Below, piece by piece: positions 24,666 to 36,580 of a DNA stretch of 64,000 nucleotides. Origin of the DNA: Eledone cirrhosa (taxonomy: Eukaryota); NCBI GenBank assembly GCA_964016885.1, contig OZ024752.1, forward strand, positions 36,952,001 to 37,016,000, read 5' to 3'. A model generated the notes under the pieces. It searched no databases. It had not been told where the DNA came from and saw only the letters and a list, made by a program, of their open reading frames with translations. The position numbers were made by a program, and so were the translations under genes. Numbering within the stretch: the first letter of the stretch is position 1; each line of letters begins with the position of its first letter.

Positions 24666-26746
24666 TGGTGGTGTCACAGCACTTTTGTTTCTGACAGAGT
24701 TTTTCTGCAACGATTGTTTCCCAGACAGATGTCTGGTTGATATTCCTTGCAGATTCAGCAACTTATCTTCTAAATTTTAATTCAGATGGAAATATCAGAA
24801 ATTTTATGTAAAAATTATTTATGTCCATATTCATTTAGATTTTAAAATTTTAATTTGCTAAAAAGTCAATTGAGTAAGCTGATAATCCTATTATTACTAA
24901 AAATATATTTTAAAATGATATATCAGACATGATTGTTAGCAATAATACATCATATTAAGACTTAAAATATCACCATGAGAAAATCAATATTTATTTTTGG
25001 ACAACCTTATAAGCAGTATAGCTATTTATTCATTTAACGCAAAATTGAAACAATCATCATCATTATCATCATCATCATCATCATCATCATTTTATGTCCA
25101 TTGTTCCCTACTTACGTGGGTTGGACGGGTCCTTCTCGGTACATCATCCCTGAATTTGTTGCATTCCTTTGTCTTCTCATCCATGAGCTTTAATGATCTA
25201 AGAACAATTCTCACCACTTCCATCCAGATCTTTCTTGGTCTTCCTCCACTGCTGCCTCCCTCCACTGGGATTACTTTACACTTTTTCACCCAGTGATCTT
25301 AGATAATATGAGACATCAAATATCTATATATATTGACTTCAGTTCAAGAGAAGATGTTGACCCTTTTGACACCAAGCCACCAAAAACTGTCCCTGGTTTT
25401 ACAATACAAAACGTTTTGTTTGTTTAACCCTTTAGCATTTACATTACTCTATATTTACTATTGTATTATCACAGTAAACACTTTATTTCACATAATTATC
25501 TCACATAATATCGAATCTACAAGATTTTAATATTATTTATTTTGAGATCAATACCTTAACATAAGTATAAGTGAACAGAAAGTGATGAGAAAATTCTAAC
25601 CGGATATGGCTGGTTTAAATGCTAAAGGGTTAACTGTTTATATTTTTCTGAAAACTTTCCATCATAAATCTATGAAAGATCCTTTGTTAAGTTATGTTCC
25701 AAATACCAGTTTGATAATGAGAAAGTGTTTTAACACCATTCACCCAAATTTTTGATTACTTCCAAAATCATAGTCAGTATCTTTCGTTGTGACATGGAGA
25801 GGAGATGGACATTGCCAGGTTTTGAAATACCCTAAAAACACCATATGTCAATGCAGCACCCCTATGACTCCCTCGGGAGTTCCAGGACCAAACCATACAT
25901 CTTTCATTAGAAATATAGTAAAAGTCTAAAGTCTGTCTTGAGCCCAGAGGTCATCAGACTGGTGCTTATCCCGGTTTCTGTGGCATGAAGTGACTCAACC
26001 CTTTAACATTTAAACCGGCCATATCCGACCAGAATTCTCTTACCTCTTTCTGTTCAAACTGGCCATAACTGGCTGCTCATACCGATGTTAAGGTATTGTT
26101 AAAATGAATAACATCAAAATCTTGTAGCTTCAATATTATGTGAGAAAATTATGTGAAGTAAAGCCTTTACCATGAAAATACAATAGCAAATAGAGAGTAA
26201 TGTAAATGCTAAAGGCTTAAAGTAAAAGATTGTTCCCTGGACAGGTCACCAGTCCATTGCAGGGTTAATAAGCCCCCTCCCCAAGCTATTGCAAGTACTC
26301 ATTTTCAGCTGATAATACTGGAGCAATGTGAAGTGAAGTGTTTTGCTCAAGAACCCAACACACAACCTGGCCCAGGAATCGAACCCACGGCATTATGATC
26401 ATAAGTCCAAAACCCTTAACACTGGGCCATGCACCTCTCACAGAAATATAGTAATGAAAGGTTTAAAATAAAACCCCTACAACTGGAAATGAAAACAGAG
26501 TTATATATTATGTATTAAGCATACTGTAAACTTACTTCAACTCAAGATTTGGAATATTTTCTTATTCTTAAATATATATTACTTTATAAAACTTTATTTC
26601 ACATTATAAAATTATATACTACATTATAACATTTTATATTACATTATAAAATGTTATATTACATTATAAAACTTTATATTATATTATAAAATTTTAAACT
26701 ATTTATATATAATAATATGTAAATGTTTTTGTTATTTAATTTTCAG

Positions 26747-26816
26747 GCTTACCAGCATTAATTGTAGCAATATCAGCAGGAGTAACTCAGTTTGATGGTT
26801 ATGGAGAAGTAGATCA
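26747..26816 (+). CDS. aGPCR exon, TM4-ECL2 (GLPALIVAISAGVTQFDGYGEVD)
   Basis: tttcag/gtaagt, phase 1-2. Confidence 0.95.
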
Positions 26817-26972
26817 GTAAGTAGGAATAATCTTTGGCATGGTTCTTGGTTTTTGTTTCCAGCCCATCATAAATTCTTCTCTATATTCTTGCTTGATCAT
26901 TTATTATACAAACACTTTCTATGTGGGGATTTTTTATTCAACATTTTCCAAGTAAATACCATGAAATGTCTC

Positions 26973-27325
26973 TCTTGTCTCAGAGACAACAGTCTTTGGT
27001 GGACTATTAGAGTGACAGAGTGGACACCAAGTTAATGGAGAATAACTAGAAGGTGGTCAAAGGACAGATGGCTGAATTTCTTGTCTCAGAGATAAGAGAT
27101 GGACTATTAGAGTGACAGAGTGGAGACCAAGTTAATGGAGAATAACTAGAAGGTGGTCAAAGGACAGATGGCTGAATTTCTTGTCTCAGAGATAAGAGAT
27201 GGAATATTAGAGTGACAGAGTGGAAACCAAGTTAATGGAGAATAACTAGAAGGTGGTCAAAGGACAGATGGCTGAATTTCTTGTCTCAGAGATAAGAGAT
27301 GGAATATTAGAATGACAGAGTGTAC
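26973..27325. repeat. 100-bp tandem repeat, ~3.5 copies, RTE-3'-end-like
   Basis: Units at 27079, 27179 and 27279; W-T-I-R-V-T-E-W peptide. Confidence 0.85.
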
Positions 27326-27711
27326 ACCAAAGCAGAGAAGAACCAGAGGGCAGCTAAACACAAGACAGCAATAATTTGACCTGATACCTCATCCACACAT
27401 GGCCAGAGATAGGAAGCAGTAGAAGTCAACCAAGGAGGGGTTTCTCCAACAGGTGTGAGATGGATTTGGATTTGAACCATGTAACAAACACCATATTGTA
27501 GTCTTCTTTATTACTTTTCCAATAGATAAATCATGTGTGCAATGATCAAAAACATTCTCTGCCAGGGGTTATGACTGGTAGATAGTATCAGCAATAGAAA
27601 GACTAGTGGAAATATTGTTTCCTTGGCCCTATTGGACAAGTTCATCCCAGTTGGTAAGCAAATGAGGTCTGGATCTTGTTGATCAATAACAAAAAGAAAA
27701 AGTTCTACTTC

Positions 27712-27935
27712 AGCAAGAAAATTAGATGTAGAAGAATGGTTTGTGAGAGCAGTGTAAGCCATGTACAGAGGAGCTGTCAGTAAAGTGAGGTTAGTGAGGA
27801 ATTCAAGGTGCATGTAGGAGTTCATCAAGGTTTGATTCTCAGCCCACTGCTGTTTATTAAAGTTCTCCAGGCCATAACAGAGGAATTTAAGACTGGCTGT
27901 CCATGGGAACTCTCTATGCAGATGACCTCATCCAG
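27712..27935 (+). mobile_element. Decayed RTE-clade LINE reverse transcriptase fragment
   Basis: VEEWFVRAV*AMY...VGVHQGLILSPLLFIKVLQAITEEFKTGCPWEL(frameshift)YADDLI. Confidence 0.9.
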
Positions 27936-28432
27936 CGATCACCATCTATGCAGATGACCTCATCCAGCAATCACCATCTATGCAGATGACCTCATCCAGC
28001 GATCACCATCTATGCAGATGACCTCATCCAGCGATCACCATCTATGCAGATGACCTCATCCAGCGATCACCATCTATGCAGATGACCTCATCCAGCGATC
28101 ACCATCTATGCAGATGACCTCATCCAGCGATCACCATCTATGCAGATGACCTCATCCAGCAATCACCATCTATGCAGATGACCTCATCCAGCGATCACCA
28201 TCTATGCAGATCACTTCATCCAGCGATCACCATCTATGCAGATGACCTCATCCAGCGATCACCATCTATGCAGATGACCTCATCCAGCAATCACCATCTA
28301 TGCAGATGACCTCATCCAGCGATCACCATCTATGCAGATCACTTCATCCAGCGATCACCATCTATGCAGATCACTTCATCCAGCGATCACCATCTATGCA
28401 GATCACTTCATCCAGCGATCACCATCTATGCA
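27912..28432. repeat. 32-bp minisatellite, ~16 copies, containing the YADDLI codons
   Basis: Unit atctatgcagatgacctcatccagcgatcacc. Confidence 0.95.
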
Positions 28433-28646
28433 CATCACATGTTCATACCAACACAGTCTTCTCTCTTGCACACCACATATACCTATATATAATTGTATGT
28501 ACGACACGTAATCCTATATATAACAATAAGAGAACTTCATTTACCATCCAGAAGGGTGCATTTCTCTTGTGTGACCCCCTACAATATTATATATACCTTC
28601 AATACATACTATATATCCCCTACATACAATATATTTAATATTTCAG

Positions 28647-28713
28647 TTGTTGGTTATCACAGAACAGAGGTTTAAAATGGGCGTTTATGGGACCAGCATT
28701 TTTCATTATTTTT
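28647..28713 (+). CDS. aGPCR exon, ECL2-TM5 (HCWLSQNRGLKWAFMGPAFFIIF)
   Basis: tttcag/gtaagt, phase 2-0; CWL and F.GP motifs. Confidence 0.96.
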
Positions 28714-28749
28714 GTAAGTAAATCTATTAAAGATAAATTCCACTGTGAA

Positions 28750-29345
28750 AAATCAAAGTCTGGTTCTACTAAACCAGAGTATGGTTCTACTAAACCAAAG
28801 TCTGGCTTTACTAAATCAAAGTCTGGTTCTACTAAATCAAAGTCTGGTTCTACTAAATCAAAGTCTGGTTCTACTAAATCAAAGTCTGGTTCTACTAAAC
28901 CAGATATGGCTCTACTAAACCAAAGTCTGGCTTTACTAAATCAAAGTCTGGTTCTACTAAATCAAAGTCTGGTTCTACTAAATCAAAGTCTGGTTCTACT
29001 AAACCAGATATGGCTCTACTAAATCAAAGTCTGGTTCTACTAAACCAGAGTATGGTTCTACTAAACCAAAGTCTGGTTCTACTAAATCAAAGTCTGGTTC
29101 TACTAAATCAAAGTCTGGTTCTACTAAATCAAAGTCTGGTTCTACTAAACCAGATATGGCTCTACTAAATCAAAGTCTGGCTCTACTAAATCAGAGTGTC
29201 ACTCTTCTAAACCAGAGTGTGGCTCTTGTAAACCAGAGTCTGGCTCTTCTAAACCAGAGTCTGGCTCTACTAAATCAGAGTGTCACTCTACTAAATCAGA
29301 GTGTCACTCTACTAAATCAGGGTGTCACTCTACTAAATCAGAGTA
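28750..29345. repeat. 21-bp minisatellite (aaatcaaagtctggttctact), ~28 copies
   Basis: Seen directly; variants grade along the array. Confidence 0.95.
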
Positions 29346-30038
29346 TGCCTCTACGAAATCCTTTTAAAACCAAAACATTTAATCCTATTATGACTGTATT
29401 TTTAATGAAATACCCTGCCTAAGTCTTTCAATTATTATATTTAAAAAAATTTAATAAAATAGCTAACCTTTTACACTATTAAGCCACTATAGGGCAATGG
29501 ATTGGCAGCATTGTTCGTACGCCAGATGAAAAAATCACAGTATTTCATTGTGGACTTCTATGTTCTTCATTTGTGAAGGTGCGTGGCCTATTGGTAAGGG
29601 TATTGGACTTACAATCATAATGTCATGGGTTTGATTCCTGGACTGGGTTGAGTGCTGAGTTCTTGAGCAAAATACTTCATTTCATGTTGCTCTAGTATAG
29701 TCAGCTGAAAATGAGTACCAATAATAGCTGGGGGTTTAACTCTGTGATGGACTGGCGTCCTGTCCAGGGGGAGAGGAGAGTCTTGTACTCTCAGTCACTT
29801 CACGCCATGGAAACCGGGATAAGCACCAGCTTGACGAGCCACCAGGCCTGAGACAGACTTTAGATTTCATGTCGTAAAAATGGGTGATGGGCCTACACCC
29901 TGTCCTGAGAGGTGGGCGATGGATACACAAAGATTACATATCCTGAAACTTGTTTTTTTTTTTTTTTACTTTTATAATTTTTAATTGAAGTTTAATAATT
30001 TTCCATTATTAATTTATTTTTTTGAAATATTGTTTCAG

Positions 30039-30124
30039 ACCAATATTATAATAACATTTGTTGTTTTGAAAAATATGTTAAGAAATAGTGAGATGTTACA
30101 AAAATCGGCTGTAGAACGAGCCAG
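30039..30124 (+). CDS. aGPCR exon, TM5-ICL3 (TNIIITFVVLKNMLRNSEMLQKSAVERAR)
   Basis: tttcag/gtaggg, phase 0-2. Confidence 0.92.
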
Positions 30125-30502
30125 GTAGGGTATAAAACTTTATTTATTTATTTCAGTAATACGATTCATCATCATCATCATCATCATCATCATTATCATT
30201 ATCATTATCCTCATCATCATCAACGTCATAGTCATCATCATCATCACAGTCATTATCATTCTCATAATAGTTATAAAACTAGCTTTCTCAAGATTTTTAC
30301 ATAAAATTACAATGTAAGATTTTAAGATAAATATAAACATTTTATGCCTTTCATTACAATATTTCTAATGGAAGTCACTGCCTTTGATTTTCAAATCATT
30401 TGAAATTAACATAAAAAATAAATCCTTTAATTTAGTTTACTGCAAATTTAATTTTCACAGTGATCTGTCTCCTAGTAAAGATATTATAAACATTTGAATT
30501 AA

Positions 30503-31025
30503 CAAGCACCCAGTCCACACTGTAATGTGGTTGTGTTTGTGACACAACAAAAAGCACCCAGTCTACACTGTAATGTGGTTGTGTTGGTGCCACAACAAAA
30601 AGCACCCAGTCTACACTGTAATATGGTTGTGTTGGTGACACAACAAAAAGCACCCAGTCTACACTGTAATGTGGTTGTGTTGGTGCCACAACAAAAAGCA
30701 CCCAGTCTACACTGTAATATGGTTGTGTTGGTGACACAACAAAAAGCACCCAGTTTACACTGTAATATGGTTGTGTTGGTGACACAACAAAAAGCACCCA
30801 GTCTACACTGTGATGTGGTTTTGTTTGTGACACGATAAAAAGCATCCAATCTACACTGTAAATGTGGTTGGGATTAGGAAGGGCATCCAGCCATAGAAAC
30901 CAATCCAGAAACAGTTCTGTGTGAGCAAGACACAGTCACCTAATTTGACTTGTCTCACAACATCAGGACAACTTGTCTAACCCATACTAACGTGGAATAT
31001 TGACATTAAACGATGATGATGATGA
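30503..31025 (+). mobile_element. (GAT)n-tailed SINE-like element with internal 48-bp tandem repeats; relatives at ~1415-1715, 5690-5950, 7280-7950, 32935-33307, 39005-39300, 44765-45110, 52190-52410, 53460-53750, 57575-57785, 62390-63070, 63625-63990
   Basis: Shared aaaagcacccagt..acactgtaaa..ggttggtgttaggaagggcatccagc core; 3' tail resembles the RTE LINE end at ~37265-37315. Confidence 0.8.
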
Positions 31026-31045
31026 TTTTTAGATATTTTCTAAAG

Positions 31046-31248
31046 TACAAGGGTCAGCTAAAAAGTTCATAGGCTGACCAAGATACTCTCATGGAATAAC
31101 TAAATGAGGTTTATTTTTCAACATAGTCCCTGGAAAGAAACAATGCAGTTATTAATAAGAGGAGTCAAAATTTAATGCCTGCAAGATTTCACAGCATTAG
31201 CATCGATCGTTCATAGTCAGCTTATGAACTTTTCAGTCGACCCTTGTA
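31046..31248. mobile_element. Tc1/mariner-type MITE; partial copies ~4874-5039, 9347-9523, 12265-12290, 41574-41620
   Basis: ~30-bp TIRs (caagggtcagctaaaaagttcataggctgac), TA at both ends. Confidence 0.9.
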
Positions 31249-31350
31249 TTACAAGATGTTAAGAGTTAAAGAATTGATTCTTTCAGTTTCTATTAAATAT
31301 CTGAAAAATTAATGTTTTATTCCATTTAAAATGATCTAATATAATTTCAG

Positions 31351-31474
31351 AGCTGGTATGTGGGGTTTATTACTATTCTCACCAATTCTCGGCTTTACCT
31401 GGTGCTTTGGTATCTTTCTTCTTCATAAAAGTGTCATTGCACAGTATGCATTTATTGTTTGTTACTCACTTCAG
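31351..31474 (+). CDS. aGPCR exon, TM6-TM7 (AGMWGLLLFSPILGFTWCFGIFLLHKSVIAQYAFIVCYSLQ)
   Basis: tttcag/gtaaaa, phase 2-0; P..G.TW motif. Confidence 0.96.
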
Positions 31475-31823
31475 GTAAAATACCAACAATAATATTTCTT
31501 TCACATTTATTTTATAACAAATGATCAATGTAGCTATATATATATATATGTTTAAATTTAATTCCTGGTATTTTAGAATTTTATTCTGTTTGACTACAGA
31601 TAAATATTTAAATATTTTATTAGATTTTTATTTTTATTTTTACTTTTATATTCACTTATTTCTGTATATCTTCTTTTTTTTTTGTTTTTCAACTAAGAAG
31701 TACTAGATATTTCCCCTAGTCTGCTAGTCTTTCATGGCTTACTAGCTCTATACCACTCACTTCTCACCCTGACTACAACACTTTCAGTACATCCATCTTC
31801 ACTGCTAATGAGGTCACCTAGAT

Positions 31824-32024
31824 CAGGCATGTCAAACATGTGGCCCTTTACAAGCATACCTGTGACCCACACAAAGGTTTTTACAGCGCGAGCATGTTTT
31901 ATCTTTGTAATATAAAATTAAAAAAATTAGTTGTAATGTGCACAATTAATTGTCATGTGTGGCCCTTAGACAACACATATGTGATCTATGTAGCCCTCGG
32001 AGGACCCTCAGTTTGACATGCCTG
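31824..32024. mobile_element. hAT-type MITE
   Basis: TIR caggcatgtcaaac; 8-bp TSD ACCTAGAT. Confidence 0.92.
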
Positions 32025-32759
32025 ACCTAGATAGCTTTCTACTACTTCTAGACATTTTGAGAGAGTTTATTTCATGAGCACCCTTACCTTTGACCACACC
32101 TGTACACCTGCCATATGAGCTTGTACTGGTGGGTAGGTATTTTGTATCATAGCATATCTCTAGTCAGCTCAATCCTGTGTCTTCTACATGAGGTTCAGTT
32201 TCTTGAGGTCATTCTTCACAACCTGATCCCATGGCAACCTAGGTCCCATCCTCTTCAAGTTTATTTCAAGAGGACCCTTATCTTTGACCACTCCTGTGCA
32301 CCTGTCATATGGGAAATCTTCCTTCTCTGACAACTTATCTGTAATCCCACTACATCTCTTGAGTCCATAATCCACAATGGGTTCACCATATAGAGTTTCT
32401 ATCTACTTCTTTTCAGCATCCCATCATATGTTTTCTTACTTTTAGCATTTAAACCAGCAATATTTGGCCAGAATTCTCTCACCTCTTTCAGTTCAAACCA
32501 GCCATAACTGGCTGCTCATACTGATGTTAAGCTATTGTTCTCAGAAAAAATCATATCAACATCTTGTAGATTTGATATTATGTGAGGTAAAGCCTTTACT
32601 GTGAAAATACAATAGTATATATAGAGTAATGTAAATATTATGTGAGCTAAAGCCTTTACTGTGAAAAAACAATAGTAAATATAGAGTAATGTAAATGCTA
32701 AAGGGTTAAGTGAATTATAATTTTGCTTTTCATTGAAGTTTTTTATTCTTACATTGTAG

Positions 32760-32801
32760 GGTGTCCTTATATTCCTGCTACATTGTATCTTTAGTAAACA
32801 G
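32760..32801 (+). CDS. aGPCR exon, end of TM7 (GVLIFLLHCIFSKQ)
   Basis: ttgtag/gtgagt, 42 nt, phase 0-0. Confidence 0.95.
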
Positions 32802-33841
32802 GTGAGTACCTTTGTTAATGACTTATATAAGATAGTAAGCAGGTGTCACAACCTTTGTTAATCAATTCCATCTAAAATATTTTAGTGTTTATAGTACAAT
32901 GTAATATCATTTGAAGGTAACTTACTGTATATACCTATGGGTGATGTGTTGTTTCCTTGAGCAAGACACTTTATTTCACATTGCTCCAGTTTACTCAGCT
33001 GTAGAAATGAGATGATAGGACTGGGGTCCCTATCATTCCACTGCAAAATGGTCGTGAAGGTGCCACGGAAAAAAAGCACCCAGCCCACACTGTAAAGTGG
33101 ATGTGTAGGTGCCACGGAAAAAAAAAAAGCACCCAGCACTCACTGTAAATGAGGTTGGTGTTAGGAAGGGCATCCAGCTGTAGAAATCAAGCCAGAATCA
33201 GTTCCCGTATGAGCAAGACAAGGTCAGCCGACCAGACACTGCCCACAACAGGACAACCCGTCTAACCCATGCTAGCGTGGAAGAACGGACGTAAAACAGT
33301 GATGATGGTCCCATAACTTTTGAGGGAGTTGTTGGGGTGCTGTATTGACACACAGCATTTCTAGGGCATTTTCTTTAAATCTGGCAGAGCCCAGCTCCTC
33401 TCCAGCAGATTTCTTCCAGAAAAGGATAGAGGGTGAGAGAATGGAAGTGAGAAAGAGATATAGAGGAAGAATCGACCTCAGTATTTGACTGGTACTTTTT
33501 TATCGACCTTGAATGGATGAAAGACAAAGTTGATCTCTGCAGGATTTCAACTCAGAGATTAGAGAGCCAGAACAAATATCACAAAACATTCTATCCACGT
33601 TCTAATGACTCTGTCAATCCACTGCCTCTATATACAAGTATATAAGCTGAAAAATATGTGACAAAACAAAAATCAATTTTAAAATGGACGTCGACTTATA
33701 TTTGAGGTCAATATTTTGATGATTTTTACCCACTTCAAAAATTCTACATATTTTTGTTTCGGAGGCAAATATTACACCAGTAATTTGATGTGAAATTCAT
33801 GTTTCTCTTGTTCTTGATATGTTTTTGAATGAATATCGGAG

Positions 33842-34472
33842 CTATGTTTAAAAATAAACCTCATTTGGTCATTCCATGAGAGTATCTTGGTCAGCCTATG
33901 AACTTTTCAGCCGACCCTTGTATAATAACTGCATTGTTTCTTTCCAGGGACTATGTTTAAAAATAAACCTCATTTGGTCATTCCATGAGAGTATCTTGGT
34001 CAGCCTATGAACTTTTCAGCCGACCCTTGTATAATAACTGCATTGTTTCTTTCCAGGGACTATGTTTAAAAATAAACCTCGTTTGGTCATTCCATGAGAG
34101 TATCTTGGTCAGCCTATGAACTTTTCAGCCGACCCTTGTATAATAACTGCATTGTTTCTTTCCAGGGACTATGTTTAAAAATAAACCTCATTTGGTTATT
34201 CCATGAGAGTATCTTGGTCAGCCTATGAACTTTTCAGCCGACCCTTGTATAATAACTGCATTGTTTCTTTCCAGGGACTATGTTTAAAAATAAACCTCGT
34301 TTGGTCATTCCATGAGAGTATCTTGGTCAGCCTATGAACTTTTCAGCCGACCCTTGTATAATAACTGCATTGTTCCTTTCCAGGGACTATGTTGAAAAAT
34401 AAACCTCATTTGGTCATTCCATGAGAGTATCTTGGTGGTCAGACAATGAACTTTTTAGCCGACTCTTGTATA
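33842..34472. repeat. 109-bp tandem repeat, ~5.8 copies, derived from one end of the mariner-type MITE
   Basis: Units at 33842, 33951, 34060; each contains the TIR gtcagcctatgaacttttcagccgacccttgta. Confidence 0.93.
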
Positions 34473-34563
34473 ATTGTGTTACAGTAATTAAAGAATTAAT
34501 GTTTACTACAGTAATTAGTAATTAATTATATATCTAAAATTTATATCTTTATATTTTGATTAG

Positions 34564-34641
34564 ATCAAAGATGGCTTCTTCCAATATACAAAAAAGATCA
34601 AAATCAAATCCGGTATAACAAACTCTATATGTAAGAGTGTG
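34564..34641 (+). CDS. aGPCR exon, helix 8/C-tail (IKDGFFQYTKKIKIKSGITNSICKSV)
   Basis: gattag/gtgagt, phase 0-0; a second possible donor (gtaaga) follows 34630. Confidence 0.8.
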
Positions 34642-35536
34642 GTGAGTATAATGACTTATTATTAGTTTATTTTGTTAACAAACAGTTCACATTATTTATC
34701 ATAGTTACGTCCCTTTACGATCTGAGTTCAAATCCCGCCGAGGTTGACTTTGCCTTTCATCCTTACGGGGTCGATAAAATAAAGTACCAGTAATGCACTG
34801 GATAATTGCTGGCCTTGTGCCTAAAGTAGAGACAATTATTTATAGAATGGTGGTGGATTGGCAGTATCGGTAGAGGGTCGGACGCCATGCTTTGCAGCAA
34901 AGAGTTACGTCCCTTTATGGTCTGAGTTTAAATCCCGCCGAGGTTAACTTTGCCGTTCATCCTTACGGGGTCGATAAAATAAAGTACCAGTAATGCACTG
35001 GGTAATTGCTGGCCTTGTGCCTAAAGTAGAGACAATTATTTATAGAATGGTGGTGGATTGGCAGTATCGGTAGAGGGTCGGACGCCATGCTTTGCAGCAA
35101 AGAGTTACGTCCCTTTATGGTCTGAGTTTAAATGCCGCCGAGGTTAACTTTGCCTTTCATCCTTACGGGGTCGATAAAATAAAGTACCAGTAATACACTG
35201 GGATAATTGCTGGCCTTGTGCCAAAAGTAGAAACAATTATCTATAGAATGGTGAATTATAGGGAGGTGAATTTGCAGTATTGGTAGAGGTAGAGGGTCGG
35301 ACGCCATGCTTTGACGCATAGAGTCACGGCCCTTGCCATTCTGAGTTCAAATCACAGCGAGGTTAACTTTGCTTTTCATACTTACGAGGGTCGATAAAAT
35401 AAAGTACCAGTAATGTACTCGGTAATTGCTGGCCTTGTGCCAAAAGTAGAAATAATTATCTATAGAATGGTGAGGAAATTGACAATGTAAAGATATGTTA
35501 TGATAACTTTACTTTACACATATTAACCACAAGCTG

Positions 35537-35589
<53 letters not shown>

Positions 35590-35719
35590 GAAGTTATATT
35601 TAATTTGTTGGGATTCCAACAAGCTTAAAAGTTTATAACTGACATAAAGCACTCAACAATTTACTGGAGTAAATATTCAATATATTAATAAATGGAAACT
35701 ATATTTATAAAACCATAAT

Positions 35720-35784
35720 TATTTTATTATATATATTTCAAGGACAACCAAGCCATTCTTGGTGCGCTTTCGTCAGATAAAATA
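35720..35784 (-). ncRNA. Minimal type I hammerhead ribozyme motif (mirror copy, CTGACGA core)
   Basis: Minus strand reads TATTTTAT-CTGACGA-stem II-GAAA-TATATA-TA-ATAAAATA. Confidence 0.8.
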
Positions 35785-35919
35785 CAAGATTTGTTTTATA
35801 AATATTGACATAACCGTGGAAAAAACAACCTTGACGGTTAAAAGTGACTATCCAGTGAACTTTCAACCGTCAAGGTTGTTTTTTCCACGGTTATGTCAAT
35901 ATTTATAAAACAAATCTTG

Positions 35920-35984
35920 TATTTTATCTGATGAAAGTGCACCAACAATGCCTTGGTTGTCCTTGAAATATATATAATAAAATA
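35920..35984 (+). ncRNA. Minimal type I hammerhead ribozyme motif
   Basis: Stem I TATTTTAT/ATAAAATA, CTGATGA 35928-35934, imperfect stem II hairpin, GAAA 35965-35968, 2-bp stem III with palindromic ATAT loop, AUA triplet (predicted cut after 35976). Confidence 0.8.
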
Positions 35985-36580
35985 ATTATGGTTTTATAAA
36001 TATAGTTTCCATTTATTTATTAATATATCGAACTAAAGAACACCAGACTACGATCTCTAACTGGATTGTCGTGGATTATGTGAAAGGCATATAATCGAAA
36101 TATACACTCCCTTGACCATGAAAATGCCGAAGTACATGAATTACTTGACATCCCTGCGCTGTGCATCTCCAATACTTATAACACTTTTAATGCTTGCACT
36201 ATCTTTAATGCTTATAATATTTCTCCACACACAGACTATATCAATCATATAAAGACTTTGCCACCAGATCTACCAACCTAACACTCTTATTTACCTACCT
36301 AAGTGCCTCTACCACACTATATAAACAAGACGCACATGCGTGCCACACATATAACATTTGCACTATATAACCACTTATCTTCATGTTGTACTTTAACCTA
36401 TATCTTTGATTTTTGATTGTACCTATTAATATAAATGTAATCTCGAAGTGTGTACTGCCACTCTAAATTCTGTAATGAATGTTGACCCACAATGTTTGAA
36501 TATGTATCAATGTTTGAATATGTATTGGTATGTCTCTCGGCTGAAAAGGAGGTCATATAACTGTCCATGCATTAATAAAT

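Larger units (their letters stand above)
35687..36017. repeat. Foldback inverted repeat, ~159-bp arms, centre 35852
   Basis: Arms complementary with 5 mismatches by my count. Confidence 0.95.

Noticed and set aside
28687-29422. KSKSGST / LLNQSLA repeat ORFs
   Set aside because: Read-through from the TM5 exon into an intronic 21-bp minisatellite; the donor at 28713 and the next exon phase fit normal splicing.
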